Part shown: positions 1 to 11,119 of the stretch, one piece after another
Numbering within the stretch: the first letter of the stretch is position 1
Layout of the letters: each line of letters begins with the position of its first letter
Source of the DNA: Chiloscyllium plagiosum
Taxonomy: Eukaryota
Length of the DNA stretch: 20,000 nt
NCBI RefSeq assembly: GCF_004010195.1
Contig: NC_057718.1
Coordinates: forward strand, 46,653,748 to 46,673,747
Direction of reading: 5' to 3'
Notes under the pieces: generated by a model
Database searches by the model: none
The model's input: the letters and a program-made list of their open reading frames with translations, nothing else
What the model was told of the DNA's origin: nothing
Position numbers and translations under genes: made by a program

Positions 1-779
1 TGCTAGGCCTTGCTGTGAGAAACCTTCCACTACTGCCGCAATTCTGATTTTGCCAGAAAAGTGTAAGATTTGGCCTCAAGAGTGTCTCCTGTATCTTGTC
101 TCAGGCTCAATGGTGAGCTGCCTGTAGAAATTCATGGCCACATGGAAAAGTACCACAATGCTTATCTGAGAGGTCTGTTCCATATTGCCATATGGGAATG
201 CTTCCTGGTTTCAGTTTCAAGGGAAAACTTATTAAAAGGTATTCTTAACATGCCATGGACAATTTCAAAACATTTAAAATTTGAAGAAATACCTGGTCTG
301 GACAGTCACCTATTTTTATATAAAGTACTTGGAAATTGTGCACTTGTTGTAGACTTTAAAACTAAGAGTTTGTACTTACTGTTCAAAACAACTTGTTCGG
401 TGTCAGTTTAAATGGATACACTTGTTCATATTAGCTTTAGCTTGCATAGTTTGTGAACTGTAAGCCATTTTTGCAGATCAGTTTCCATTGGAGTAGGAAT
501 TCTAAAAGGTGGTACATGAAGTTATTCAGAAAGTTTACAGAAATCTTGCCCCTGTGGATTGATTTTACATGGATCAGTAGATTCTTGTCAACTACAAAGT
601 GTCCATCTGTGATTTGTTGTCAAAACTAAAATGGTTCTAAAACTGAGATGTGAGAGAGACAGTTTTGAGAATCGAAAACCTGGACGAAGAAATTTAAAGG
701 TAGGATTTGGTTACCATTTTGTAAAGTATCTCCCAGCCACAAACAGTCTGAATGAAAGACTGTAGCAGCCAACCACAAT

Positions 780-1030
780 CAAGGACACTTAAAGAGGAAA
801 AGAAAGATTAAATGTCAGGGGTGACACAGAGATTTTGAATGGAAAATGAGGCATTGATGCTACATTTTTGAGGAGATGCATAAGTTGCAGTGGTTGGGGA
901 GTAGTGACGAAAGCTAGGAGAGTAAGGGGTCAGGAGTGACATCAGTGGATTGGGGCAGGAGGACGGATACGTATTGTAGTTGTATGAAGGTGGGGAAGGA
1001 CACGTGCAGGGTTGGTGACAGGAGTAATGC
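780..1030 (-). mobile_element. Possible highly decayed L2-LINE endonuclease-region relic
   Basis: Purine-rich + strand. The minus-strand translation (PSPPSYNYNTYPSSCPNP...) loosely resembles fish L2 endonuclease segments. The resemblance is weak and the boundaries are approximate. Confidence 0.3.
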
Positions 1031-1467
1031 ATTAAAAAAAACTCAAGTGATCAGGTGGTCCAATTGTTATGGGGAGCAGTTTTGATTGCCCAAGGACATC
1101 TGACTAGCCACTGTTTGCTGGAACAGAGGATAAATGCAGCTTGAATTAAAATATAAAATGCGAAGGAGCTGCCTCCTAGGAGCATGTTGCTAACACACAC
1201 TGCCATTAAAACTGAAAGTGAATTAGGTCAAAGAGGGTTGCTATGGATTTGAAATCTTTTGCATTTTACTTCCTACTTGATTCAAACCTATTTGTTTTTC
1301 GAGATTAAAATGCCTCCCATTCTTTTTACTGAATGCTTATTGAATCCTTTCCTTTGTGCCTCATGGAGGAATACTTGTTTTCTATGGTCACAGATGTGAA
1401 TTTAGATGGCAAGCTACTGTTAGGTAACTGTGCAAAATGCTTCCAAATAAACCTGTTGGACTATAAC

Positions 1468-1696
1468 GTGGAGTTTGCACGTTCTCCCCGTGTCTGCGTG
1501 GGTTTCCTCCGGGTGCTCCGGTTTCCTCCCACAGTCCAAAGATGTGCAGGTCAGATGAATTGGCCATGCTAAATTGCCCGTAGTGTTAGGTAAGGGGTAA
1601 ATGTAGGGGTATGGGTGGGTTACGCTTCGGCGGGTCGGTGTGGACTTGTTGGGCCGAAGGGCCTGTTTCCACACTGTAAAGTAATCTAAATCTAAA
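1468..1696 (+). mobile_element. HE1-type (V-SINE) SINE, 5'-truncated
   Basis: V-domain GTGGAGTTTGCACGTTCTCCCCGTGTCTGCGTGGGTTTCCTCCGGGTGCTCCGGTTTCCTCCCACAGTCCAAAGATGTGCAGG, tail GGGCCGAAGGGCCTGTTTCCACACTGT and a (AATCTA)n end. Directly similar to the copies at 12517 and 13187. CpGs are retained, so it is probably young. Confidence 0.92.
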
Positions 1697-2093
1697 CTTT
1701 CAATAGCAGTCTGGTTAAAGGCTGTTCATTCATTGCCTCCTAGCATCTTTTAATCAGATTTCAATTTCTAACTTCATATCGATAGCTTCATATACTTAAA
1801 TATTTAGTAAGTAATGTTGTATAGACTTCATTTCAGCACATGATCAGCACCTCGAACTGTACAGCATTGTCCCTCCTCTTGTGTATAGAAAATACTTATT
1901 GAGCAAGAAAGCTTGATTACTCGCATTGTTAATTCATAAGTCTTCGCATATACTCCCTGTGTTTCCCCCCCCTACTCAGCACACACATTGTGAAATAAAC
2001 AATGGGAATCTTCTGGTTTGTGAGTTATTAATTGGTGCATTTTCTTTGTGTTTGAAATTAATAATTTTCATTATAATTCTAAATTAATATTTA

Positions 2094-2770
2094 TGTAGCC
2101 ATGGTGATATATTTTAAAACAGTTTTGAGGCCTCGGCTTAGAGTGAATAGATTTTGTGTACCACAAATGGACTTCTGTTTGTTTTGCGATCCAGGATGAT
2201 AAATAATGGTACCTCAGGGTTTGTTAGAGACTTTGAGAACCTGTTATTTTTAAACACACATAGCTTAGAGAGGGAGTGTTTTGGCTGACAGTTTTTACTT
2301 TGAGAGGAACAGTGCCATGCGTCCTTGGGATAGATGGCTGTATAGACTGCTACCTCAGAGTAAAAAGTTAGTTTTTGTTAGTCTGGAAAGTGTTAAGACT
2401 AAAGCTCTGAAGAGGTTACTTCAAGCTGTGTATATTTAAGCTAGTGTAAGGTAGCTTCTTCCTGGCCCTGTGATTCTAGTCTAAAACCTGAAGTCACAAG
2501 TGACTTACACCTACCAAGGTGCTAGATGCAGGAATAGTGGTTTGAGTATGGTATGAGTAGTGTTTTGGGTACTATACAAAAGCTTTTTTGTTTATTTCAG
2601 TGTATAATCGATTGTTTTGGTATTAATGGGATTATATTATACTCTATCATTTTTCTTTTGTTAATAAACTTCTGTTTCATTGTTAAAATAAAATCTACAG
2701 CTGTGTGCCTGTGTTTCTGCAAGAGACCACTTTGTTAAAGCCAAAACAAATCAATATAAGAGTTTGATAT
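2094..2770 (+). mobile_element. Possible solo-LTR-like repeat
   Basis: LTR-like U3/R composition with AATAAA-containing segments near 2664-2693 (TTAATAAACTTCTGTTTCATTGTTAAAATAAAATC). No clear termini or TSD found, and the boundaries are approximate. Confidence 0.3.
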
Positions 2771-3224
2771 CATATGAAATTATGTGATCCTGGGCTTTAT
2801 ACACCATTCAAATGGGGAATTATATATGACACTACTCATCAACAGCACATGATATCCATATTCTGTGTGAGCTTAACAGTTGGCTAAACTAGGCTTCCTA
2901 AACATATTTAAAGAATCCAAATCATTTAAAGATTAAAATTTCTGAAGAGAATCTAATTTTATTGACGGGTATTGCAAATTAAAATTGCATAGTGCAAATG
3001 CTAACCAATTATTTCTACTGGTGTGACAAGAAGTCAGTAAAGTTTTTGAGCAACAGCCTCTGAATCAGTTGTGCTGAAGCTTTGAAAAGTAACTGGTAAT
3101 GTTCCTTTCTTTTAAAAAGTCAGTTGCTGTGTGCATCAATGTTAACTGCCTTTGGCTATCTCGTTATGATAAACAAACTTCTTACGGGATGTCACTCTTT
3201 CTTGCATTGACTGATCCCTTCTAG

Positions 3225-3294
3225 ATCTTATGTTTACAAGAAGTTCAGAACAACCACTACAGGCAACAGTTGAAACCAATACTGGAATCACTGG
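3225..3294 (+). CDS. ANGEL2: ANGEL2 internal coding exon (first in window), ILCLQEVQNNHYRQQLKPILESLG
   Basis: Acceptor cccttctag|ATC and donor CTGG|gtaaga. The 70-nt exon encodes the EEP/CCR4 metal-binding motif CLQEV. Its terminal G joins GT of the next exon to give Gly. Too short for the ORF track. Confidence 0.95.
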
Positions 3295-3495
3295 GTAAGA
3301 TTGGTTGATTGTTTCACAGAAATCTTCAAGATAAACACTTTGATGTTCTGCTTAATAGCCTTCAATTTATCTAGTTACATAATTCTAAGCCTAATACAAA
3401 TGAGTCTATATGGATAAACTTTAAAAAAAACTTGGTATGATTAAAGAACGTTGAAAAAATATTCTGTGATTCTTTTGCTTTTAGAAATTCAATAT

Positions 3496-4318
3496 TGTTA
3501 TGATCCCTGTAAGGACTGATAACTTTAGAAAGTTATTTGAATTTCCAGTGGCTGACTGAAAAGATTACACAAGATTTCAAGTGTTAAGACTTTTGCTGTA
3601 ATAAATAATCCAAAAGCAACATTGTCTAAACGTCATTAAGCAGGGACCTTATACTCTAAACTATAGAAAATAATTCTCCTTTTATCTTTTAAACTGAAAG
3701 AAAATCCCACTTCACATTTGTATTTTACTCTATTCCTCGAGTGGACACTTCACTGTCCAGGAACCAGCTCCTGAAATTTTACTTCCTTTTCCTTTTCCAA
3801 ATTGATAATTCCTCATACCCAAACTGACTTCCACAGTGAGAAGCAAATTGAAGTTTATTCTCTCTAGACAAGCTACACACGTTTCAGTCTTAGTTAGATC
3901 CTCACACAATGTCTCCTCAATCCAAGTGCAAACTCCTGTGCACATTTTGCACAGTTACCTAATAGGCCAGCATTTGTTCTGCTTCAGGTGCAGGACTAAT
4001 TGCACTCTTTCTTTTCTCTCCCTCTCCCCCAGGATTTTGCAGAATGCCCTGCCTGTGAGGGTAAGGGAGATTTTTCTTTTAAAACTGTTGTTATCTCTGG
4101 CTTGTTTCCCTATCAAAGTCCATCACCGTGGCAGTGTGAATCAGATAGGCCTTGTATCCAACTAGAAATGCTGATGTAACTACTTTCTAAACTCCCAACT
4201 CCATTTTATTTTCTTCATAAAAGGGTGGTATATCTTAAAGCAATCAGCTATATATACTTAGTATTCTGAAATGAATCCAGCAGGTGCTAGTAGACAGTTG
4301 TCAGTTTTGATCATGAAA
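3496..4318. mobile_element. Candidate solo LTR with short imperfect terminal inverted repeats
   Basis: Begins TGTTATGATC (3496-3505) and ends GATCATGAAA (4309-4318), an 8/10 match to the expected GATCATAACA. About 820 bp, non-coding, no convincing TSD. Confidence 0.4.
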
Positions 4319-4347
4319 ATGCTTTTTGTCTTGTATTTGTTCTACAG

Positions 4348-4766
4348 GTTATCATTGTGAATACAAAATGCGAACAGGAAACAAGAGGGACGGCTGCGCT
4401 ATTTGCTTTAAAAGATCAAAGTTTTTGCTCGTCTCGGCTAGTCCAGTAGAATTCTATCGCCCTAAGATTCAAGTACTAGACAGAGACAATGTAGGACTGG
4501 TACTACTGCTGCAACCAGTTCTTCCACAATCTGCTGCCTTTCTGTGTGTGGCAAACACTCATCTCTTGTATAACCCACGACGGGGAGATGTCAAGCTGGC
4601 GCAGCTTGCAGTACTCTTAGCTGAAATTAACAAATTGGCAGCTGATGGGAAAGGTGGATATTGGCCGATAATCCTGTGTGGAGACTTTAACGCCGTGCCT
4701 GATTCTCCATTATACAACTTCATTAGGAATGGGAAGCTGGTTTATGATGGACTTCCAATTGGAAAG
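4348..4766 (+). CDS. ANGEL2: ANGEL2 internal coding exon, (G)YHCEYKMRTGNKRDGCAICFK...VANTHLLYNPRRGDVKL...CGDFNAVPDSPLY...GLPIGK
   Basis: Contained in ORF 4326..4793. Acceptor ttgttctacag|GT, donor AAG|gtactg, 419 nt. Has NTHL and GDFN catalytic motifs, and the sequence matches vertebrate ANGEL2 as I recall it (YHCEYKMRTG, DRDNVGLVLLLQP, THLLYNPRRGD). Confidence 0.97.
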
Positions 4767-5259
4767 GTACTGCCAATAATTTCAAAACATTAACATGGGA
4801 AGATGCTTAGTCCTTGGTTGATACTATTTTTAATTAAGAAAAATAGCCAATCTTTTTATTTAATGAAATTTAAGATTCTAAAGTTCTCTTGTGTTTAACC
4901 ATCACACTACAATGGAAATATAAGATTTTATTGAAGAAAAACTTTGCAATCACTGACGATGTTCTTACTTTATAGGATCCAAGTAGGTTAATTTGATATC
5001 TAATAGAAAGTGTTGCTCTAGAAAACGTAATGGATAATTTCTGATAAGATGCTCAGAGATGAAGATTTTGTGGTTTGTGGTCTTGAACACTAGATAGTTC
5101 CTGAAAGCCTTCATCCTGTTGGACAGATCCGTTACATTTATGTGAAAAATCAGGGCCATATAAAAACACACCCAAAATATTAACTTCTCTGCACCAATTT
5201 TATTTGGAAGTATTGAGAAAATAACTTTTTAAAAAGCCAAGTGCAAAGTTCCAATAAAA

Positions 5260-6520
5260 TGAACCTGTCTCTCTCACTTTGGTTGAGAGATAGTTTTTAC
5301 CTCCTTTAAATTCAAAGGACACAGAGTTGGAAGGATATTGTGGACAACTTTCTCAGCAATCTGTTGCTACCAAATTGGGTCACTTAAAATACTGTTGTAT
5401 GCATTTGCTAAAACTGTGCACTTTTCCAGGATGTCCTGGAGTGAAAAGTTAACTCCAAACTTGTTTTCTGTTCTGCAAACTACCTTAAACCTCTTTCCCC
5501 TGTTCTATCCACTCTCACCTCCAACAAGTGCAAAGAGTTCAGGGATGTTTTTGTCACTAAGATCAAGACCATTCGATCACCTGCCTGTGCTATTTCTCTC
5601 CATCCTATTAACCCTCAGGGCCAAACTTCCTCAATGCATTCCCCTGCCCTCGATCTGAACATTTTGTATAATTTTTCTTCTGTCTCCCAACATTCCCATT
5701 CAAAGTTAACCTTGTCTGTGAGACCCATCATCTCTTCCTTCAAGCCTATATGTATTGTTGATCATGCATCATCTCCTCCTGACTTCTGTGTTCCCCAATA
5801 TTATGAATGGTTCTACCTTTTAACCCTTGGTGTTACAGTGATCCTGAGTTAAGCTTCCAGCCTCCTATTCATACCATCAGACAGATGACTTATTTCCTCC
5901 TCCATAACTGTCCACTTGTAACTGTCTCAGCTCATTTGCTGTGGAAACCCTCATTTGTGCCTCAAGTTCCTTCAAGACTCAGCTGTTATAATGCATGCTT
6001 GGTTGGTCTCCCACATTCTACCTCAATTAACATTATCATATACAACCCTATTGCCTGTGAATTAATTCACAGAAAATCCTGTTCCCTGATCCCTCCTACG
6101 CTAAACTCCAGTCAACATCTGATTTTAGATTTGCCATACTTGGTTTCAAATCTTTTCTTGAACTTACCTCTCCCAATATCTGTAATCTCCTTGATCCTTG
6201 CAACTCTCAATGATATCTGATCTCATTTATTGTGCTTCCCTAGTTTAATTGCTTCACCATTGGTGGTCATGCTTATATTTGTCCAGGCCTCTAGCTTTGT
6301 AATACCCTCTTTATACCTTTTCTTCTACCACATTTCTTCCTTTTAGATACTCATTGAAACCAAGCTTGTTTCAGCTTTTGATCACCTGACCGAATATCTC
6401 CAAATGTGGCTCAATGTTTTGGTGTCACTCTTTGGCTTTGTTTGATGATACGCCTACAAAGTGCCTTGGGATGCTTCATTACATTAAAGCCACTATATTC
6501 TTTTAAATTGTTGCTGTTGT
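5260..6520 (+). mobile_element. Decayed L2-clade LINE (ORF2 remnants plus 3' tail), RT core apparently deleted
   Basis: ORF 5807..6220 contains DPELSF..I..I....YF.L.N and SRL...NA.L.GLP, typical of the L2 ORF2 C-terminus. The 3' tail AAAGTGCCTTGGGATG...TTAAAGCCACTATA...TTGTTGCTGTTGT is an L2-type end. Upstream 5260-5740 resembles the inter-domain region. Confidence 0.75.
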
Positions 6521-6704
6521 AAGTTCAAATAAAAACACAGGCTGTATTTTCTAATATTATTGCTGTTTGCATGGATTTGCCCTTGTGACAACTAATGGGC
6601 ATTTTATTTTATTCCAGTAAATTTCAGAAAAAGTGTCACGTTTTTAACCACTGGTCAGTTGGATTTTTCGCAAGTAATTTAAACTATGTTTTGTCATTCC
6701 TTTA

Positions 6705-6870
6705 GACAACTAAAACACGGTCTCAGAATAATGGGTAGGCCACTTAAGACTGAGATGAGGCAGTTTTTTTTAACTCATTTTTGGAATTCAATGCCCCAGA
6801 GAGCTGTAGAAACTTAATCATTGAATACATTCAAGACAGAAATTGATTTCTACGTATGAATGACTTTGAG
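6705..6870 (+). mobile_element. CR1 LINE 3'-region fragment
   Basis: CACGGTCTCAGAATAATGGGTAGGCCACTTAAGACTGAGATGAGG...GGAATTC..GCCCCAGAGAGCTGTAGA...ATTCAAGACAGAAATTGAT matches the CR1 ORF2 C-terminal pattern (H.L.I.G...KTE.R..FF...WN.LP..AV). Confidence 0.7.
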
Positions 6871-8941
6871 AGTTTCATTTAATTGTTCAATATAATTGAC
6901 AATAGTAGAGGTTTATTGTAATAACAATATATAGAATTTGTATTTGTTCACTCAAATTTTACAGCTGAATTTTATTGGCATTATTGCAACTTTGGTTATC
7001 ATTGTCATTTGTCACCTGATGGTTGAATTTTCATGAGAACAATGATTGTTGCTTATTGTGTTTCAACAACATTCTGCCTATACTGTTATGTAACAAAACC
7101 AACAAGACTTCAAATCGGTCAATTTGCTAGTTAAAATTTTCTTCTGATTTTACTCCCAGGTATAGATTAGAACATTTACCATATATCATCCTGGCTGTCT
7201 TCAATTCACCAGTTCAGGGAAACAAAATGAGATTAGGTATCAGTATTTAGTCTGACCCCCGAATAGCAAATATTATTCATGTAGTCTTACCGAGAAAACA
7301 AAGACATTTTGTCAAAGTTTTTGCCTTGTTCTCATCAGGACATTTGCAAGAATATCAGTGTAAAGGCAACTGCACTTTATACTATGAGAGCAAAGTGTGC
7401 TGATTGGCTGGCAAGTGAATTCTGGTCAGTAGAGGGTCCAGGTGCGCATTTTTTTTGTGAGAGCATTATTTTAGTTTATTATTGTCTATAAAACTCTTAC
7501 ACCATTAGCTCCCCATATTCATGAAATCAAAACTAACCTTCTTTATCCTTAATTAATATATCCATCACTTATTCCCATGTTCCATTAGGTCTCAACCATC
7601 CTTTCAAACCTTATTAGATAACAATACTGATCAAGTTTCATTTCTTTTCGTGGAATGAACTAAGGAATAATTGTCGCCCTTTTTTAAAATTAGAACAGGT
7701 GTAATGTGCGTACATGTTTTTGTTTGCAAATAATAGGATCATATGTATTAATGTTGGTGGCTTAAATGACGTACAAATGTGTCACACTGCATGCCGAATT
7801 GGTGATTTTAAATTGGATGTAAATGTAATTCTTAGCATGTTCAGGATTATTTAGCAGTGGTCATACAATTGTGGAATTATCTTTAAAGTGAGTTGTTGTG
7901 CTTTGAGTTTGGCAGGAACAGGCAGGCTGCATACATTCAGTATGAAAAAGATGAATGAACATGTTGTTTGATATGATATGATCTGCCAGTCATTGAGGTG
8001 TATGGCTTATGTAACTAGCATCACGCCGGCACTGGAATACAGAAATCCTATCACTCATCTACAAGATGGCAACATCCTAGCAAACACCTCTCGTATTGCT
8101 ATTGCATTGTAGCAGCATGAAACAACTAGCTTCACCTATTACTATTTATTGCGCAAACTCAGAATCACCATAAGATTGCCAATTTCTGTCCTGTAGAGTG
8201 CCCAGTGTACCGCAGATTATGCTGGAAAGGTAAAGTATCTGAAAAATATGCGCAACAGATTAAGTCAGCTGTTTCATGCTGCAGCTATACATACAATATA
8301 AGATGTTGTTCCTCTTTACAGTAGTTTCTTGCGAATGTCCTGACGAATACAAAACAAAGGCTTTGTCAAAATGTGGCATTTTTTTCAGCAATACTCAAGT
8401 TCTGTGCTATCAAACAAATAGTTATATTCTTTCAATGCATACTCACTATCGGCCTGAACTTCCACATATAAGTGAATGGAAATATAGCCTTTTATACTAA
8501 GGTGCACTTCATTTGAACTCAGCTAATTCATATAATTTTTACAGATTTAGATGAGAGGAAGCTATATATCACATGTCCTTTATGTGATATGACCAACCTG
8601 ACACCTGTATTGAAAGTGCCACTTGATATTCCAAAAAATGATCAAAAGCACCATGTTGAAATACTAGCCTTTGTATCAACTAGCATTTAAAAATCCATTC
8701 GCAGTTGCCTGGCTTATTTCAGTCAGAATAATCCATTTACCTGATTGTAAAGCGTTGGGACTATTTAATTGCAAGTCCTGCACCTTGTTCTTGTTGCAGA
8801 TTTTATACATCCTCTCTCTCTTGTATTCTTCAATTGTAAATCAATGACAGAACTTTCCAGTGAAATCAGAATTGGGAGGGAAAGTAGTCAACAATGTGAG
8901 AACCTTTTTTGGTACACTGTATAACTTGCAATATTTTATAG

Positions 8942-9071
8942 GTATCAGGTCAGGAGCAAAGTCACAGGGGCCAGAGAGCTTTGCCAAAGCCACTTTGGCC
9001 TCCAAGTCTTGGAATTTCGCCAGCCTGTCAATATGAAACATTGAAATGTCAACAAATGCTAAAAGACACAG
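8942..9071 (+). CDS. ANGEL2: ANGEL2 internal coding exon, VSGQEQSHRGQRALPKPLWPPSLGISPACQYETLKCQQMLKDT
   Basis: Acceptor ttttatag|GTA, donor ACAG|gtatga, 130 nt. Phase 0 start matches the previous exon. The VSGQE...WP..LGI...C.YE pattern is typical of angel proteins. Confidence 0.93.
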
Positions 9072-9322
9072 GTATGATTTCTGATTTTTTTTGTAAATGT
9101 TAAATTGCCATTGAGAGATATGATAATAAGCCCATCAGTATTTTTGATATTTTGTGCGATGAGATGCCTCTTTTAAATGGTTTTCATAGGAATTTTGGTT
9201 TTATCATTGACTTTACAGTAGTTTAAGAAATTTGCTGCCACATTTGGCAAATTTGTTATGCATTAGCATGGTTCTTGACTCCAATAACATTTCCTATGTA
9301 ATTTAAATGCTGTGTAATTTAG

Positions 9323-9389
9323 ATGCTGTGGACAATTCAGAAGAATTAAAGGATGCCACAAGTCGGAAGAATTTTCATTTGGATGAAAA
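9323..9389 (+). CDS. ANGEL2: ANGEL2 small linker exon, (D)AVDNSEELKDATSRKNFHLDE(K)
   Basis: Acceptor aatttag|AT, consensus donor AA|gtaagt, 67 nt, open frame. It is required to bridge the phase-1 end of the previous exon to the phase-2 start of the next. The peptide is poorly conserved, so support is mainly splice and phase logic. Confidence 0.8.
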
Positions 9390-10112
9390 GTAAGTTAATT
9401 CAAGAAATTAGAATTAATCAGTGTTGAATATTTTCACATGAAACCCATTATTCAACATTTTATTAACATTCAGTCTACTTAATGTAATACCAGCAAAGAA
9501 AACTTACTCTGTATTTCAGAATTTTTTTTAACTGTGTCCACGCTGATTTTAAAATCCGATTTGAAAATAAATTGTTTTTGATGCTGATTTTAAAGGAGGG
9601 TCAGGCGCAGTGCAAATGAGTTCTGAAACAGGCTGCACTCTTAGCCTGAGAATGTGAGGCTATGGTGTTTCTAAAGATCCAGGCATCATTGGCATTACCT
9701 GAGCAGAGGTACCTATTCACAGTGTCAAATAACATGGAAATAAGGACAGGAAGTTTTAGTTTCATGTAAGTAGAGTCAAGGGGCAAGAGTTCTAGTTTCT
9801 TGTACAAGCTGGGTTTGGGAGGATGTGAGGGAGTTAGGAAAGCAACTGGAAAAGGAAAGGGATCAAAAATAGGAAAGTGGGGATCTTTGAGGGAGATTTC
9901 TCTTGGTTGACAAGGCTGAAGTGATTGATTGTCTCATTGATCTCTTCAGACTTTCCTAGAGGTGAATATTAAGTAGACAATGTTTAATGCTACAGTTATC
10001 AATGGGGAAACAAGAGCTGGGTTATTTTTGTCTGGGCTGTTTACGATTAATGTACTGCCCTTTAAGAAATCAGACAATTTAAACCAACAGTGCGTTCTAT
10101 TGATTTTCGCAG

Positions 10113-10276
10113 GATTCCCTCTGCCATCCAACACAACTTCCGGCTAATGTCTGTGTACTCCCATTATGTAACAGACAGTGGTAAAGCTGAAGTCACCACC
10201 TGTCATTCCAGATCTGCTGTCACTGTGGATTATATTTTTTATTCAGCAACAAAACACAATGCCTCTGCAAACTCAG
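10113..10276 (+). CDS. ANGEL2: ANGEL2 internal coding exon, IPSAIQHNFRLMSVYSHY...EVTTCHSRSAVTVDYIFYSATKHNASANS
   Basis: Contained in ORF 10090..10284. Acceptor ttttcgcag|G, donor CAG|gtaact, 164 nt. Has the DYIFY motif. Confidence 0.95.
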
Positions 10277-10568
10277 GTAACTGAAACCAGCAACTAAAGT
10301 TAATATTTTCCAAAATGTGTTACAAAGCTACATGAAAAAGAAGCCAACCAATACCTGTGTTAACTTAAGTTGGTAATAGAGCTGAGATCTCTTAAATTGA
10401 ATTGGTTTAATTTGTTTGTTGCAAATGTCTTCCCAAAGGAAAGGAGCAGAGAATCAGCTAATTCTGCTTAAAGAAACATTGTGCACAAGAAGTTTTTTTT
10501 TCATAGCCCTTTCTTTTAATAACTATCATATTACCACAAATTAAACAGTAACATCAAGCATTGACCTG

Positions 10569-10684
10569 AGGACACTAATGGTGTAATGATACTGTCCCTA
10601 CCTCTGAACCAAGAAGTCAAGGTTCGAGTCCTACCTCCTTTAAAATTGTGTAAGAACATCTCTGAGCAGATTGATTAGAAAATA
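10569..10684 (+). mobile_element. Short tRNA-derived SINE
   Basis: Pol III A-box-like TGGTGTAATGA (10579-10589) and B box GGTTCGAGTCC (10621-10631) with tRNA-like spacing, followed by a non-tRNA tail (AACATCTCTGAGCAGATTGATTAGAAAATA). Confidence 0.7.
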
Positions 10685-10908
10685 TTTAAATCCTTATTAG
10701 CCAAGAACATATACTTGAAAGACTGCAAGATCAATGGGAACATTTATATGCAAAAGTATTGTCCATATTTCCCTTTAAGTGATTAGCTTAAATATATTTA
10801 TGATAAAAGAATATTGTATTAATGTCACTTGCAGAACCTTATTTTCAGTTGTTAGGTTTATGATTATAACTCATGTTTCCACTTTCACAATGGAAACTGC
10901 CTATGATT

Positions 10909-11037
10909 TCAGGTGAAAATGGGTACTGCAGATGCTGGAGATTAGATCAAGATTAGAATGATGCTGGAAACATTGATTTTCCTGCTCCTCGGATGCTGCC
11001 TGACCTGCTTTGCTTTTCCAGCACCACACTAAGCTTG
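10909..11037. mobile_element. Short palindromic Penelope-like (pLTR-derived) insertion, centre deleted, 13-bp TSD
   Basis: Flanked by the perfect direct repeat ACTGCCTATGATT (10896-10908 and 11038-11050). Its arms are homologous to the 12206-12407 element (CTGCAGATGCTGGAGAT; GGATGCTGCCTGACCTGCT.TGCTTTTCCAGCACCACAC). Confidence 0.75.
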
Positions 11038-11119
11038 ACTGCCTATGATTCAGTCTAGGTACCTTTGTTAACAATTTGGAGGAGTAGTATGGTATTTAAT
11101 AGAAAACTAGTACAGAGTA

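Noticed and set aside
70..411. 113-aa ORF, and most other ORFs in the track
   Set aside because: Non-ATG starts or no recognisable domains. They lie in ANGEL2 introns or inside SINEs and LINEs, and are expected by chance.
1420..1674. Similar minus-strand ORFs (1420..1674, 12551..12943, 13294..13512) suggesting a gene family
   Set aside because: They are antisense translations of HE1 SINE copies, not proteins.
7890..8300. Non-repetitive-looking intronic block with a YY1-like CAAGATGGC (possible conserved element or snoRNA)
   Set aside because: No convincing C/D or H/ACA architecture, and conservation cannot be assessed from one sequence.
8566..8590. Hairpin ATATCACAT-N7-ATGTGATAT
   Set aside because: A 9-bp AT-rich stem is plausible by chance in 20 kb, and there is no supporting context.
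8735..8778. TGTAAAGCGTTGGGAC...TGCAAGT resembling a DeuSINE or L2 tail
   Set aside because: Too short and degraded to delimit an element.
10569..10640. Possible tRNA gene (A box and B box)
   Set aside because: No acceptor stem or cloverleaf can be formed, and it continues into a SINE-type tail.
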